Source: an uncultured candidate division Zixibacteria bacterium
GTDB taxonomy: Bacteria; Zixibacteria; MSB-5A5; GN15; FEB-12
Direction: 5' to 3'
DNA length: 64,000 nt
Assembly: GCA_963806185.1 (NCBI GenBank)
Contig: CAWDXE010000007.1
Location: 352,001 to 416,000, forward strand
Each line of letters opens with the position of its first letter. The stretch's first letter is position 1. The position numbers and the translations under genes were made by a program. Positions 49,101-57,876 of this stretch are shown piece after piece. A model generated the notes under the pieces. That model did no database searches. It saw nothing but the letters and a program-made list of their open reading frames with translations, and was not told where the DNA came from.

Positions 49101-49666
49101 GGGTAATCTTCGAAGATATCGAACAACTTAATCCACGGCTGGACATTATCGCGTACACGCGGGTGCCGGGGGCGCGCCGCACCGACAACACGCCGACCGA
49201 AGAACTCGAATTGGGCGTGCATGTCACGGGGACACTCGAACTGCCGGAGATCAATCCGGTTGAGGGGTCGTCGTTCAGCCAGGAGGACATCCTGCCGCTG
49301 ATCGTGGCGAATTACTACTCATCAGACACGGCGACCGCGCGAAGCGGCATCGAGCAACGGGTGACCGACCTGGTGTCATCGCAGGTATCGCAGATCGGTA
49401 CGCGGCAGTTGAACCGGATCGGCGTGGAGACGTTTGAAATCGACCCAACGTACGGCGGGGAATTTGATCCGAAGCGAACGCAGGTCACGCTGGGCTTTTA
49501 CACGGCGCCTCGGCTTTACGTGTTTGGTCGGTCGCCGGTGGATTTCCGAAGCGGCACGCAGGAAGTTGGATTTGAGTATCGGATCGACAAGGGGCTGCTG
49601 CTGGAAGGGCGGCGGGACGAACTGGAATTGTACCACGTCAACCTGCGGTGGCACCTGGAGTTCTGA
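46124..49666 (+). CDS. tamB: Translocation/assembly module TamB-like protein
   Basis: N-terminal TM anchor, long beta-rich body, repeated G(T/E)..P.. motifs, directly upstream of an Omp85 gene. Confidence 0.8.
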   Translation: MRVWKIILLSFLGLTLVISAVAYVYLFKQNGLERIVAGQVNKLLGATGPVKVEIGHIEGDVFHGISLHDVTLSWADSANAFPIARVRHLGVGYSFANIWNEKWVLAHLAVDSAVILLRVDSAGNVYPHLAKKAPDGGPGQPRELPYMAINSLLLSNLTLVVERPHDTLVIDSLSAVASVQIEGNTYSINLQQLSLVSPLLPQRLTNLSAQITYAGKQITVKNLALQSGATAIKADGIFNLGARSGHVETSLRGIDLSQLKQYGGPSLSGTVNLTGSLDLDSTGLGGEATLAGSLQIASFDNLYTKFRLGFASRRLEMDTLYGSVLGGCLVDGRGQIDFSGPMEKYGLQAKISNFNLEHLVHNSFMSNLNGNFTLAGESFRTKTLKLNLSTELYESSFDQYPIQAAAGDLLITADSISFLDAFEVSYYENHFTATGRIDYRNGIALAVDADLPRLSYYQDMYFIKRPAGRLRANVHFVGETKDPDLVATASSDSLWINDIFTTNADASLSIEHFFKNRNGTVNVRFLNGAAWGIPYDTMSSSFAVDTGNVQLDTVFVHGAYGAVSANGDVAIGGDTIQARLDSVWVTLFDRKFVNMAPVTFGLDDSSLILQNVEIGAQGSKYSTRGKAGYDGSLGLTLEARHILMSPWLHMAKEAVDYDGDLSCRIGVAGTMSAPKISVQAEVDSLTFKELELGNLTILAHYQDRMMRIDSMVVLSDPGIYRVDGTFHTDLSFGNGVVERLPNEPMDLHLVATDSRFDLVSLLLPSVEDMQGKLTSDVRLSGTPREPHLEGQALLKEGRLKYFDIADTVFTDSALVTMHDNQIVISKVEVWVKDKHRREGKSYAYIEGALTVKTLDSLYYDVDVSLPKEFPFNYELEDISGAAEGDLHIEGMTPPTVSGDLLVTSARYEVEFAKVNEGSPIMSLLFADKSWDLNLNIDILSNYWIKNEDIDAEFAGSINMVRENGTYRFAGEMEILRGKGFLFDKTFRLEPDSRVIFEDIEQLNPRLDIIAYTRVPGARRTDNTPTEELELGVHVTGTLELPEINPVEGSSFSQEDILPLIVANYYSSDTATARSGIEQRVTDLVSSQVSQIGTRQLNRIGVETFEIDPTYGGEFDPKRTQVTLGFYTAPRLYVFGRSPVDFRSGTQEVGFEYRIDKGLLLEGRRDELELYHVNLRWHLEF

Positions 49667-51591
49667 TGAAGCATCGAATTGCACTACTCCTCGCACTGAT
49701 CTTCGCAGCGTCGATCGCCAGCGGAGCCTCGGGCCCCGATCGGGAGATGCTCAAGTGGATATCGAGGCGTCCGCCCATCAAGAAAATTGTCATCGAAGGG
49801 AATACGCATTTCACCGATGGCCAGATTAAGGGGAGGATGTACTCGAAGGAGCGGAATCTCTGGCGGGCAATCAAAGGCGACCGGCGCAGCAAGGTCCAGC
49901 GGGAGAATTTCGGGCGCGACACGCTGGAAGTACAGTATCTGTATCTGACGGCCGGATTTCTAAATGTGAAGGTGCACCATCAGTACCAGATGATCGGGAA
50001 GGATTCGTCGGCGCAGATTACGCTGACGATCATTGAGGGGCCGCAACTGTTCTACGGCGAGCGAAAGGTGACGGGAGATTATCCCGGCCAGTACGCGTTT
50101 CAGATCAACAAGATTGCGCAATCGCTCAAAGAGGGTGCGCCGATCAATCCGTTCGAAATCCGGAAGGCGGAGTTCGACATGAAAACGCACCTGGCAAACG
50201 GTGGGCATCCGTACGCGACGGTGCAGTCGCAGATCGACACGACCAGAGCGCAGGCGCGCACCCCGGTGACGTTTGTGGTATACGGCGATTCGCTGGTGCA
50301 TTTTGGCAATGTGAACATTACGGGAACGAGCAATTTCCCCGAGTACACGGCGCGGCGCGAGTTGAAAATTGCTCCGGGGGCGGTGTATCGGCGACAGGAT
50401 TTGATCGACTCGCAGCGGCGGCTGTTTGAATCGGGATATTTCTCAACGCTGCAGCTACGGCAGTCGCCGAATCCGACCAACCGGCTCGCGCCTGATTTTG
50501 AATTGCGGGTGCGCGAGCGAAAGCCGCACTACTTCAGCTTTAATACCGGTGCCGGGCAATCGGAGGTGAGGGATCTGCAATGGGACGTCGCGGGAGCATT
50601 CGGCAAGCGAAACTTGTTTGGCTCGCGACAGACCGAACTGTCGGCCAAATACTCGTTCAGCGTGGGGCGTGATTCACGACTCATCAAGCATGAATACCAG
50701 TTGAGCTACACCGAGCCGTGGCTTTTGGGCGTGCGGATGCCCCTTTCGTTGTCGGCCAAGTGGCAGCCGCCGCTCAAGCACGAGGTGCAGGATTTCAAAG
50801 TCAGTTCCTGGTCGCTGGCGGCCGAGAACGTCAAATGGTTCGGCACGAGGATGCGGACGACGCTGGGGTTTGAATACCAGTCGGTGGAAATCAGCGGCGT
50901 GGCGCCGGAGTTGGAAGAGATTTTGCGGCTGCAGGAAAAGATAGCCGTGCGCCGGCGGCTTTACGGAGAAATACGCCGGGACAGTCGCGACAATATTTTC
51001 GTGCCGCTGCGCGGGGCATTGATTACCATGTCGGCCGATTACTACGGCGGCTTTCTGGGCGGGGACGACAATTTCTACAAGCTGCAGGCGTCGTGGGCAA
51101 AATATACGGCTGTCTGGCCGGGGTGGATTTCGGCCAACCGGATAAAAATCGGATGGGCGAAGCCGTTCGGCAAATCGGCCATCGTGCCGCTCGACGAGGC
51201 GCTCTATTTGGGCGGCGCGAACAGTGTGCGCGGGTTCAAGGAGAACAGCCTGGGGCCGAAGGATCCGAATGGCGAGCCGCTGGGGGCGCGTTATCAACTC
51301 ATTTTCAACCAGGAATTCCGCTGGAAGACTCTGCCGGTGCTGGAGGCGCTGCCCATGATCGGGGGGTTGTTCGAGGAACTCCCGCTCTGGCAATCGATCT
51401 TTCTGGACGTGGGGAACGGGTTTAACTCACTCGACGACCTCCATTTCAAGGATTTTGCGTACAGTTACGGCACCGGCGTGCAGATTCTGTCACCGGCCGG
51501 GCCGATCAGGCTCGACTATGCGCGAGTCATTCCCACCGAGCGATTCGGGTTTACGGATCGCTGGCACTTTACTATATTGTACGCGTTCTAA
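49666..51591 (+). CDS. tamA: BamA/TamA (Omp85) family outer-membrane protein
   Basis: POTRA motifs (IEGNTHF, LFESGYFS), YTEPWL, LGGANSVRGF, SPAGPIRLDYA, terminal F. Confidence 0.88.
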   Translation: MKHRIALLLALIFAASIASGASGPDREMLKWISRRPPIKKIVIEGNTHFTDGQIKGRMYSKERNLWRAIKGDRRSKVQRENFGRDTLEVQYLYLTAGFLNVKVHHQYQMIGKDSSAQITLTIIEGPQLFYGERKVTGDYPGQYAFQINKIAQSLKEGAPINPFEIRKAEFDMKTHLANGGHPYATVQSQIDTTRAQARTPVTFVVYGDSLVHFGNVNITGTSNFPEYTARRELKIAPGAVYRRQDLIDSQRRLFESGYFSTLQLRQSPNPTNRLAPDFELRVRERKPHYFSFNTGAGQSEVRDLQWDVAGAFGKRNLFGSRQTELSAKYSFSVGRDSRLIKHEYQLSYTEPWLLGVRMPLSLSAKWQPPLKHEVQDFKVSSWSLAAENVKWFGTRMRTTLGFEYQSVEISGVAPELEEILRLQEKIAVRRRLYGEIRRDSRDNIFVPLRGALITMSADYYGGFLGGDDNFYKLQASWAKYTAVWPGWISANRIKIGWAKPFGKSAIVPLDEALYLGGANSVRGFKENSLGPKDPNGEPLGARYQLIFNQEFRWKTLPVLEALPMIGGLFEELPLWQSIFLDVGNGFNSLDDLHFKDFAYSYGTGVQILSPAGPIRLDYARVIPTERFGFTDRWHFTILYAF

Positions 51592-51664
51592 GAACAATGC
51601 AGACTGTGCCGACCTTTTTTTGGGCTCGGCGTAAGAAATGTCTCCGGACCAGGGAATTGGAGCT

Positions 51665-52837
51665 ATGAAGCAGATATATCTTGATCATAATGCCACGACG
51701 CCGGTTGATCCGGAAGTAGTGGAGGCAATGCTGCCGTATTTCGGCATGACCTTTGGCAATGCCTCGTCGGCCCACGGCTACGGGCGTAACGCCAAGGTGG
51801 CGCTGGAGAATTCGCGCGAGCAAATCGCCGCGTTCATCAACTGCGAACCGCAGGAATTATATTTCACGTCGGGCGGAACCGAGTCGGACAACCTGGCGAT
51901 CTTCGGTGCGGCCTATCAGGGGCGGAAGCGGCGCAATCATATCATCGTCGGTGCCACCGAACATCACGCCGTGCTCGAGCCGGCGGAACATCTGCATCAT
52001 ACCGAAGGATTCGAATTGGATTTGCTGCCGGTGTCCGCGGAAGGATTCCCGCAAGTTGACCGCCTGCAGGCGCTCGTGAAGGATACCACGTCGATCGTTT
52101 CGGTCATGCACGCCAACAACGAGAATGGCGCGATAGCCGACCTGGAGGCGATCGGCCGGATCGCCCACGAGAAAGAGGCGCTGGTGCACACCGATGCTGT
52201 GCAGTCGGTGGGAAAGATACCGGTGGACGTGCGCAAACTGGACATTGATATGATGTCGCTGACGGGGCACAAGATTTACGGCCCGAAAGGGGCCGGGGCG
52301 CTGTACATCCGTCAGGGGATCAAGCTCTCGCCGCTGTTTTACGGCGGTTCTCACGAGAAGAAACGTCGGCCCGGGACGGAGAATGTCGCCGGGGTAGTTG
52401 GCTTTGCGAAGGCGCTGGAGATTGCCCGGCGGCGAATGAACGATGATTTCACCAGGATTTCGGAACTGGCCGACTATTTCGCTGACAAGGTGCTGGCGTC
52501 GATACCGGACACGCGCTTTAACGGGCCACGCAAAAATCGTATTCCGCAGACGGTGAATATTTCGTTTGCCGGAATCGAGAGCGAGTCGATTCTTCTGTCG
52601 CTGGATCTTCTCGGCGTGGCGGTGTCGAGCGGCTCGGCCTGTACGTCGGGTGCGACCGAACCGTCGCACGTTCTGACGGCAATGGGTATTCCGAAGGTAA
52701 TCGCGCAGGGGGCGATCAGGTTTTCGCTGGGGCGGTCGACCACGAAGGAGCAATTGGATTACGTCATCGGGCAGTTGCCGGCGATCGTCGAGCGGTTGCG
52801 GGCTCTGTCGCCGATTTACGGTCAAAGCAAAGCCTAG
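51665..52837 (+). CDS. iscS: Cysteine desulfurase (IscS/NifS)
   Basis: YLDHNATT, FTSGGTESDN, HTDAVQ, GHKIYGPKG, SSGSACTS. Confidence 0.95.
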   Translation: MKQIYLDHNATTPVDPEVVEAMLPYFGMTFGNASSAHGYGRNAKVALENSREQIAAFINCEPQELYFTSGGTESDNLAIFGAAYQGRKRRNHIIVGATEHHAVLEPAEHLHHTEGFELDLLPVSAEGFPQVDRLQALVKDTTSIVSVMHANNENGAIADLEAIGRIAHEKEALVHTDAVQSVGKIPVDVRKLDIDMMSLTGHKIYGPKGAGALYIRQGIKLSPLFYGGSHEKKRRPGTENVAGVVGFAKALEIARRRMNDDFTRISELADYFADKVLASIPDTRFNGPRKNRIPQTVNISFAGIESESILLSLDLLGVAVSSGSACTSGATEPSHVLTAMGIPKVIAQGAIRFSLGRSTTKEQLDYVIGQLPAIVERLRALSPIYGQSKA

Positions 52838-52863
52838 GCAGGCGAAACAGAACGGACTATATT

Positions 52864-52888
52864 ACGGGCCGTTCCACGGCCCGTTTTT
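52864..52888 (+). terminator. Hairpin with T-tail between iscS and mnmA
   Basis: ACGGGCCGT-tcc-ACGGCCCGT-TTTT. Confidence 0.6.
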
Positions 52889-52900
52889 GTTGGATTGCAT

Positions 52901-53989
52901 ATGTCAGCCAAACGCGTATTGGTAGCCATGTCGGGAGGAGTCGATTCGTCGGTCACCGCCCTGCTGCTCAAGGAGCAGGGGTACGAGGTGGTCGGCGCTC
53001 ACATGAAGTTGTGGGATTATGTCGAGGTGGGGGCGGACATCTACAAGGATGGCCGTTGCTGCACGATTGATTCGATCACCGACTGCCGATTTGTTTGCGA
53101 CGCCATCGGGGCGCCGTTCTATGTGCTCAATCTTTCGGCGCATTTCCGCGATAAGGTGATCGGCAATTTCGTCGAGGAGTATGAGGCGGGAAGGACGCCC
53201 AATCCGTGCGTGCGGTGCAATTCCGAGGTAAAGTGGGATGAGTTTCTTCGCAAGGCGATCGAGGTCGGGTGCGACTATATCGCGACCGGCCATTACGCCT
53301 TTGTGGAGAAGAACAATAACGGCCGGTGGCAGATTCGCAAGGGAGTCGACGGGACGCGCGATCAATCGTACGTGCTGTGGGGATTGTCGCAGGAGGCGCT
53401 GTCGCGGACGCTCATGCCGCTGGGTGGACTGCGCAAGACGGAAGTACGGGAGATTGCCCGCAAATACAACCTGCGCACGGCCGAAAAGGCGGAGTCGCGC
53501 GAGATCTGCTTTGTGGTCGACAACGATTATCATCGCTTTCTCAAAGAGTACGAGGAACGGCGCGGACGGCAATTTGCGACGGGGGAGATTGTTCATGAAA
53601 ACGGGATGGTGATCGGGAAGCATGAGGGGACAGCGTTTTACACGATCGGTCAGCGCAAGGGGCTGGGGATCACCTGGCCGACGCCGCTCTATGTGCAGGA
53701 GATTGATGTCGCCCACAACCGGGTGGTCGTGGGGGATAATGACCGGCTGTTTCGAGACGAGCTGGTGGCGGAGCAGATCAACTGGGTGGGGGGCAACTCG
53801 CATACAGAGCCGTATCGGGCAGAGGTGAAGATACGGTATCTCCATCAGCCGGCCTGGGCGGAGTTAACGCCCTTGACTCCGCAAAGTGTCCACGTTAGGT
53901 TTACCGACAAGCAGCGCGCCATCACGCCCGGGCAGACGGTCGTGTTTTACGATGGCGACGTCCTCCTCGGCGGCGGGCTGATTCAGTAG
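52901..53989 (+). CDS. mnmA: tRNA 2-thiouridine(34) synthase
   Basis: [44 protein letters not shown]. Confidence 0.96.
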   Translation: MSAKRVLVAMSGGVDSSVTALLLKEQGYEVVGAHMKLWDYVEVGADIYKDGRCCTIDSITDCRFVCDAIGAPFYVLNLSAHFRDKVIGNFVEEYEAGRTPNPCVRCNSEVKWDEFLRKAIEVGCDYIATGHYAFVEKNNNGRWQIRKGVDGTRDQSYVLWGLSQEALSRTLMPLGGLRKTEVREIARKYNLRTAEKAESREICFVVDNDYHRFLKEYEERRGRQFATGEIVHENGMVIGKHEGTAFYTIGQRKGLGITWPTPLYVQEIDVAHNRVVVGDNDRLFRDELVAEQINWVGGNSHTEPYRAEVKIRYLHQPAWAELTPLTPQSVHVRFTDKQRAITPGQTVVFYDGDVLLGGGLIQ

Positions 53990-54017
53990 CGAACACTTCT
54001 TTGGGAAGGGACGGGCC

Positions 54018-54696
54018 ATGCCTGAAGCAAGATTTTTGGGACACTCATGCGTGCTGTTGAACGACGGTCGGCAGCAGATCATCATTGATCCGTATATCAC
54101 GGGCAATCCGAAAGCGCCGGTTAAGGCACAGGATATCAAAGTCGATTACGTGCTGGTGACGCACGGTCACGGCGACCACCTGGGCGACGCGGTAGAGATC
54201 GCCAAGCGAAATGACGCGACTATCATCGCGAATTTTGAGTTGGCCAAGTACTGCGAACGCAAGGGGGCGAAGGTGCACGCCATGCACATCGGCGGATCTC
54301 GCCCGTTTACGTTTGGACGGGTGAAGCTGACGATTGCTCACCATGGCGGTGGGGCGGGAGAACACGCCGACATTTACACCGGGCCGCCGGTGGGGTTTTT
54401 GGTGGAAATCGACGGCAAGAGGGTATACCATTCCGGCGATACCGGGCTGTTCTACGATATGAAATTGATCGGCGAAATGAATCCGATCGACCTGGCGTTC
54501 CTGCCGATTGGTGACAACTTCACGATGGGCATTGTTGACGCGGCCAAGGCGGTGGAGTTTCTTGCGGCCGAAGACGGTTGTGCCGTTACATTATGATACA
54601 TTTCCGCTGATAGCGGCGAATGTCGATGACTTTGCCGCTCGCGTCAAGGATGCCAAGGTGGTCATACTGAAGCCGGGCGAGTCGGTTAAGTTTTAG
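54018..54696 (+). CDS. UPF0173/YtkL metal-dependent hydrolase (MBL fold), +1 frameshift near 54562
   Basis: [21 protein letters not shown]; the C-terminus [19 protein letters not shown] lies in the next frame (ORF 54508..54696). Confidence 0.88.
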
Positions 54697-54773
54697 ACTC
54701 GAGATCATGCTAAATTCGACAATCAAGTTGGCCGGTTGGTATAAGTGGATATGAGCAAGCAAAAGGAGAGGCA

Positions 54774-57620
54774 GTGAAGTCGTTTCTAAAGATAGCCGCG
54801 TGGGTGGGCGGCATCATCGTTGCATTGATTATTGTCGCCGTCGTGGCGCTCAAGATTTTCTTCCCGGTTGAAAAAGCGCGCCAGATGGCGGTCGAAAAGG
54901 GAACGGCGATGCTGGGTCGCCCGGTGCAGATTGAATCGCTGGATGTCTCTGTCTGGGGTGGGATCGGATTGAAGCTGAATAAGGTCAGCATCGGCAATCA
55001 GGCGGGATTCGACCAGACCGATCAATTCCTGGCGGCGGAGCATATCGAATTGAAACTGCGACTCCTGCCATTGTTGTCCAAGCGGGTGGAGGTTTCGAAA
55101 CTGATCATCGAGCGACCGACTATAGCGATGATCAAGACGAAGGACGGCGCCAATAACTATACCTTCCCCAAGGCGGATTCGGCCGCGCCGGAAGTGGCAC
55201 AAAGTCTGCCGGCGGAGGCCAAGCCGGCGGCGGTGACGATATCGTTTGACGAGGTGTCGATCAACGGCGGGTCGGTGCGGTATGTTGACGACAGCGGCGG
55301 CATGTCGATCCGGGCAGTGAATCTGGGTATGAAAACGTCGGTCGATAATCCGAGGGCGGGGCTCTATCAGTCCAAGGGGAAGCTGACGATTGATACATTG
55401 CTGGTAGTGACCGATGAACCAATGCGGCCGCTGGCGGTGGGGCTGGATTACGACGCCGGGTTCGACATGACGGCCAAGTTGCTTTCGATCGGCAAGGGGG
55501 ATCTGGATGTCAACGGACTTAAGTTCAATGTGACCGGTCTCGTGCATATGCCGGATTCACATATGACGGCCAACGTCAACGTGAAGTCGGATCAGATACG
55601 TGCGGTGGACCTTTTCAATTTGATGTCAGATAAACAACGGCAGATGATTGCCGACTTCACGATCAACGGCGACTTTGCTCTGAATGCCGACGTCATGTAC
55701 GCCGACACAACCGAACCGGCGACGCTGGGGTACAGCGGTAATGCCACGATAACGAATCTGACCATGGCCAAGAAGGGATTGGACGGTGACCTGAACATCG
55801 GCAAGGCGATGGTCGATTTCGAAACTGATCGGGTGCGCGTGGTTATCGAGGATGGCAGTTTCAACAACGAACCGCTCAAGGGACAGTTGATTGTCGAGGA
55901 TTTTGCGAACCCGCGAATCCAGGGACAGCTCGCGGGGAGTTTGGATCTGGTGTTCCTGCAACCCTTTCTTCCGGCGCAGTCGGAACATCAAGTGACGGGG
56001 AAATCGCGGTTTGACGTGAAGTTCAACGGCGTCATGAAGGACGTGGCCAATCTGGACTTCTCCGGCACGATCGCGATTGACTCCGGAACGTACCGTTCGA
56101 AAGTCGTGCCTGAGCCGATCGAGGCGTTTTCGATTGACGCCTACTTTGACCGAAAGCTGGTCAATCTGCGGCAGTTTGCGGCGCGGTTTCCGTCAGGGAA
56201 TATCAGTTTCATCGGCCGGATCGACAATCTGGTTCCGTACATGATGGCCGATTCGACGCAGGCGGCGGCTGTGCCGCTGGCGATCGACGGCGCGATCGCG
56301 GGGAACATGAAGCTGGGGATGCTTCAGCCGCTCCTCCCCAAGAAGGGGGGGCCACAGCTCAATGGCGACATCGCCGTTGACATGAAACTGGCAGGGACGG
56401 TGACCGATCCGCAGGGGTTCAAGCCGCGCGGAACGATCACGATTGCGAATGCGTCGTACACTGATTCGCTCTTGCCCGAACCGATCACCAACTTCTCCAC
56501 GAAAATGACGATTTCTCCGGATACCATTGGCATCGACGGTATGAAGGTGAAGTTTGTTTCGAGCGACGCGGAATTCGACGGCAAGCTGGCTGACCCGTTC
56601 CCGTACTTGTTGCCGTTGTCGAAGATCGACCGGAGCAACATGAAGAAGCCGATGTTTGTGTTTACGCTAAAATCGCACCGGTTTGATGCGGACAAGCTTT
56701 TTCCGGAGGTGGTGCCGGGTTCGGAGGAAGCGGCGGCCCAGCCGGTTGATTCGGTGTCGATGGTGATGCTGCCGGATATCGACGGACGGGGGACGTTTTC
56801 CTGCGAAACGATGATTTACAGTAAGGTCGAGTTCACCAATATCGTCGGCAAGATGAAGATCGCGAATCGGAAGATCGAGTGTTACGACGCAACCGGAAAA
56901 GTCTACACCGGGTCGGTAGCGGGGACGTCGACGATTGATTTGAACAATCTGGAGCGGCCGACATATGCGGGCGAATTCACGGCGTCGCAGATCGAGGCGA
57001 ATGATTTCATTTCACGGTTTTCGAAATTCGGCGGATTCGTGTACGGGAAACTTGATCTGAAAGGGAACTACGCGGCGGCGGGGACGGAGCCGGACGTATT
57101 TCTTAAGAGTCTTTCGATGAACGGCGACGGCGGCGTGAGCAGCGGCAAGTTGATGGCGAGCGGCCAACTGTTCTCACTCCTCCAGGGCCTGGCGGAGAAA
57201 TCGGGGAAGAAGTTTGACGCGGAGCAGCCGCTAAGGAGTTTGTCGACGCTCATCAGGATTGAGGACGGCAAGGTGAAACTGAATAATTTGAAAATGACGC
57301 TGGCGAATATCGGGGATGTCGAGATTGGCGGGTATTACGGTTTTGACGGCGGCCTGCAGTACACCGGCACGGTGCTGTTGACGCAAGAGTTGAGCCAAAG
57401 CCTGATCGGCAAGGGGGGACTGGTGGGATCGCTGGCCGGAGCGTTGTCAAACAAGCAGACCCAGCGGATTCCGCTGCCGATCACGGTGGCCGGGACGATG
57501 ACGAGTCCGGCGTTTAAGATCGACTACAACGCGGCGGCGGCCAAGGTTGGGGAATCGTTGAAGGAATCAACCAAGGATAAGGTGCAGAATCTGCTGGAGG
57601 GGCTGAAAAAGAAGCCGTAG
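54774..57620 (+). CDS. AsmA-family protein
   Basis: N-terminal TM, LGRPVQI, LRLLPLLSKRVEV..LIIERP, C-terminal P..VAGTMTSP. Confidence 0.82.
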   Translation: MKSFLKIAAWVGGIIVALIIVAVVALKIFFPVEKARQMAVEKGTAMLGRPVQIESLDVSVWGGIGLKLNKVSIGNQAGFDQTDQFLAAEHIELKLRLLPLLSKRVEVSKLIIERPTIAMIKTKDGANNYTFPKADSAAPEVAQSLPAEAKPAAVTISFDEVSINGGSVRYVDDSGGMSIRAVNLGMKTSVDNPRAGLYQSKGKLTIDTLLVVTDEPMRPLAVGLDYDAGFDMTAKLLSIGKGDLDVNGLKFNVTGLVHMPDSHMTANVNVKSDQIRAVDLFNLMSDKQRQMIADFTINGDFALNADVMYADTTEPATLGYSGNATITNLTMAKKGLDGDLNIGKAMVDFETDRVRVVIEDGSFNNEPLKGQLIVEDFANPRIQGQLAGSLDLVFLQPFLPAQSEHQVTGKSRFDVKFNGVMKDVANLDFSGTIAIDSGTYRSKVVPEPIEAFSIDAYFDRKLVNLRQFAARFPSGNISFIGRIDNLVPYMMADSTQAAAVPLAIDGAIAGNMKLGMLQPLLPKKGGPQLNGDIAVDMKLAGTVTDPQGFKPRGTITIANASYTDSLLPEPITNFSTKMTISPDTIGIDGMKVKFVSSDAEFDGKLADPFPYLLPLSKIDRSNMKKPMFVFTLKSHRFDADKLFPEVVPGSEEAAAQPVDSVSMVMLPDIDGRGTFSCETMIYSKVEFTNIVGKMKIANRKIECYDATGKVYTGSVAGTSTIDLNNLERPTYAGEFTASQIEANDFISRFSKFGGFVYGKLDLKGNYAAAGTEPDVFLKSLSMNGDGGVSSGKLMASGQLFSLLQGLAEKSGKKFDAEQPLRSLSTLIRIEDGKVKLNNLKMTLANIGDVEIGGYYGFDGGLQYTGTVLLTQELSQSLIGKGGLVGSLAGALSNKQTQRIPLPITVAGTMTSPAFKIDYNAAAAKVGESLKESTKDKVQNLLEGLKKKP

Positions 57621-57642
57621 AGAAGACTGGGCAATCGATTGC

Positions 57643-57690
57643 AGTCCGGTATGTCACTGTCATTTGGTGACATACCGGACTATTTTTTTT
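57643..57690 (+). terminator. Strong Rho-independent terminator
   Basis: 15-bp stem AGTCCGGTATGTCAC/GTGACATACCGGACT followed by a T-run. Confidence 0.85.
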
Positions 57691-57783
57691 GTGTTACGGT
57701 GATTTGCAGTGAAACTGTTTCACCGGGCAGAGCGAAGTGAAACAAGAGAGGGCAAGAATCGAGCCGCAAAGCGGGATTCGCAA

Positions 57784-57810
57784 TAAACAGATGAGGAAAT
57801 TTGCCGATGT
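57784..57810 (+). promoter_or_regulatory. Sigma-28-type promoter
   Basis: TAAA-N15-GCCGATGT upstream of the kinase module. Confidence 0.55.
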
Positions 57811-57876
57811 ACTTATAAGGGAGATAATGAGATGCCAACCGGGTTGAGGGCTGCGCCCACGACCTAACCATACGGA

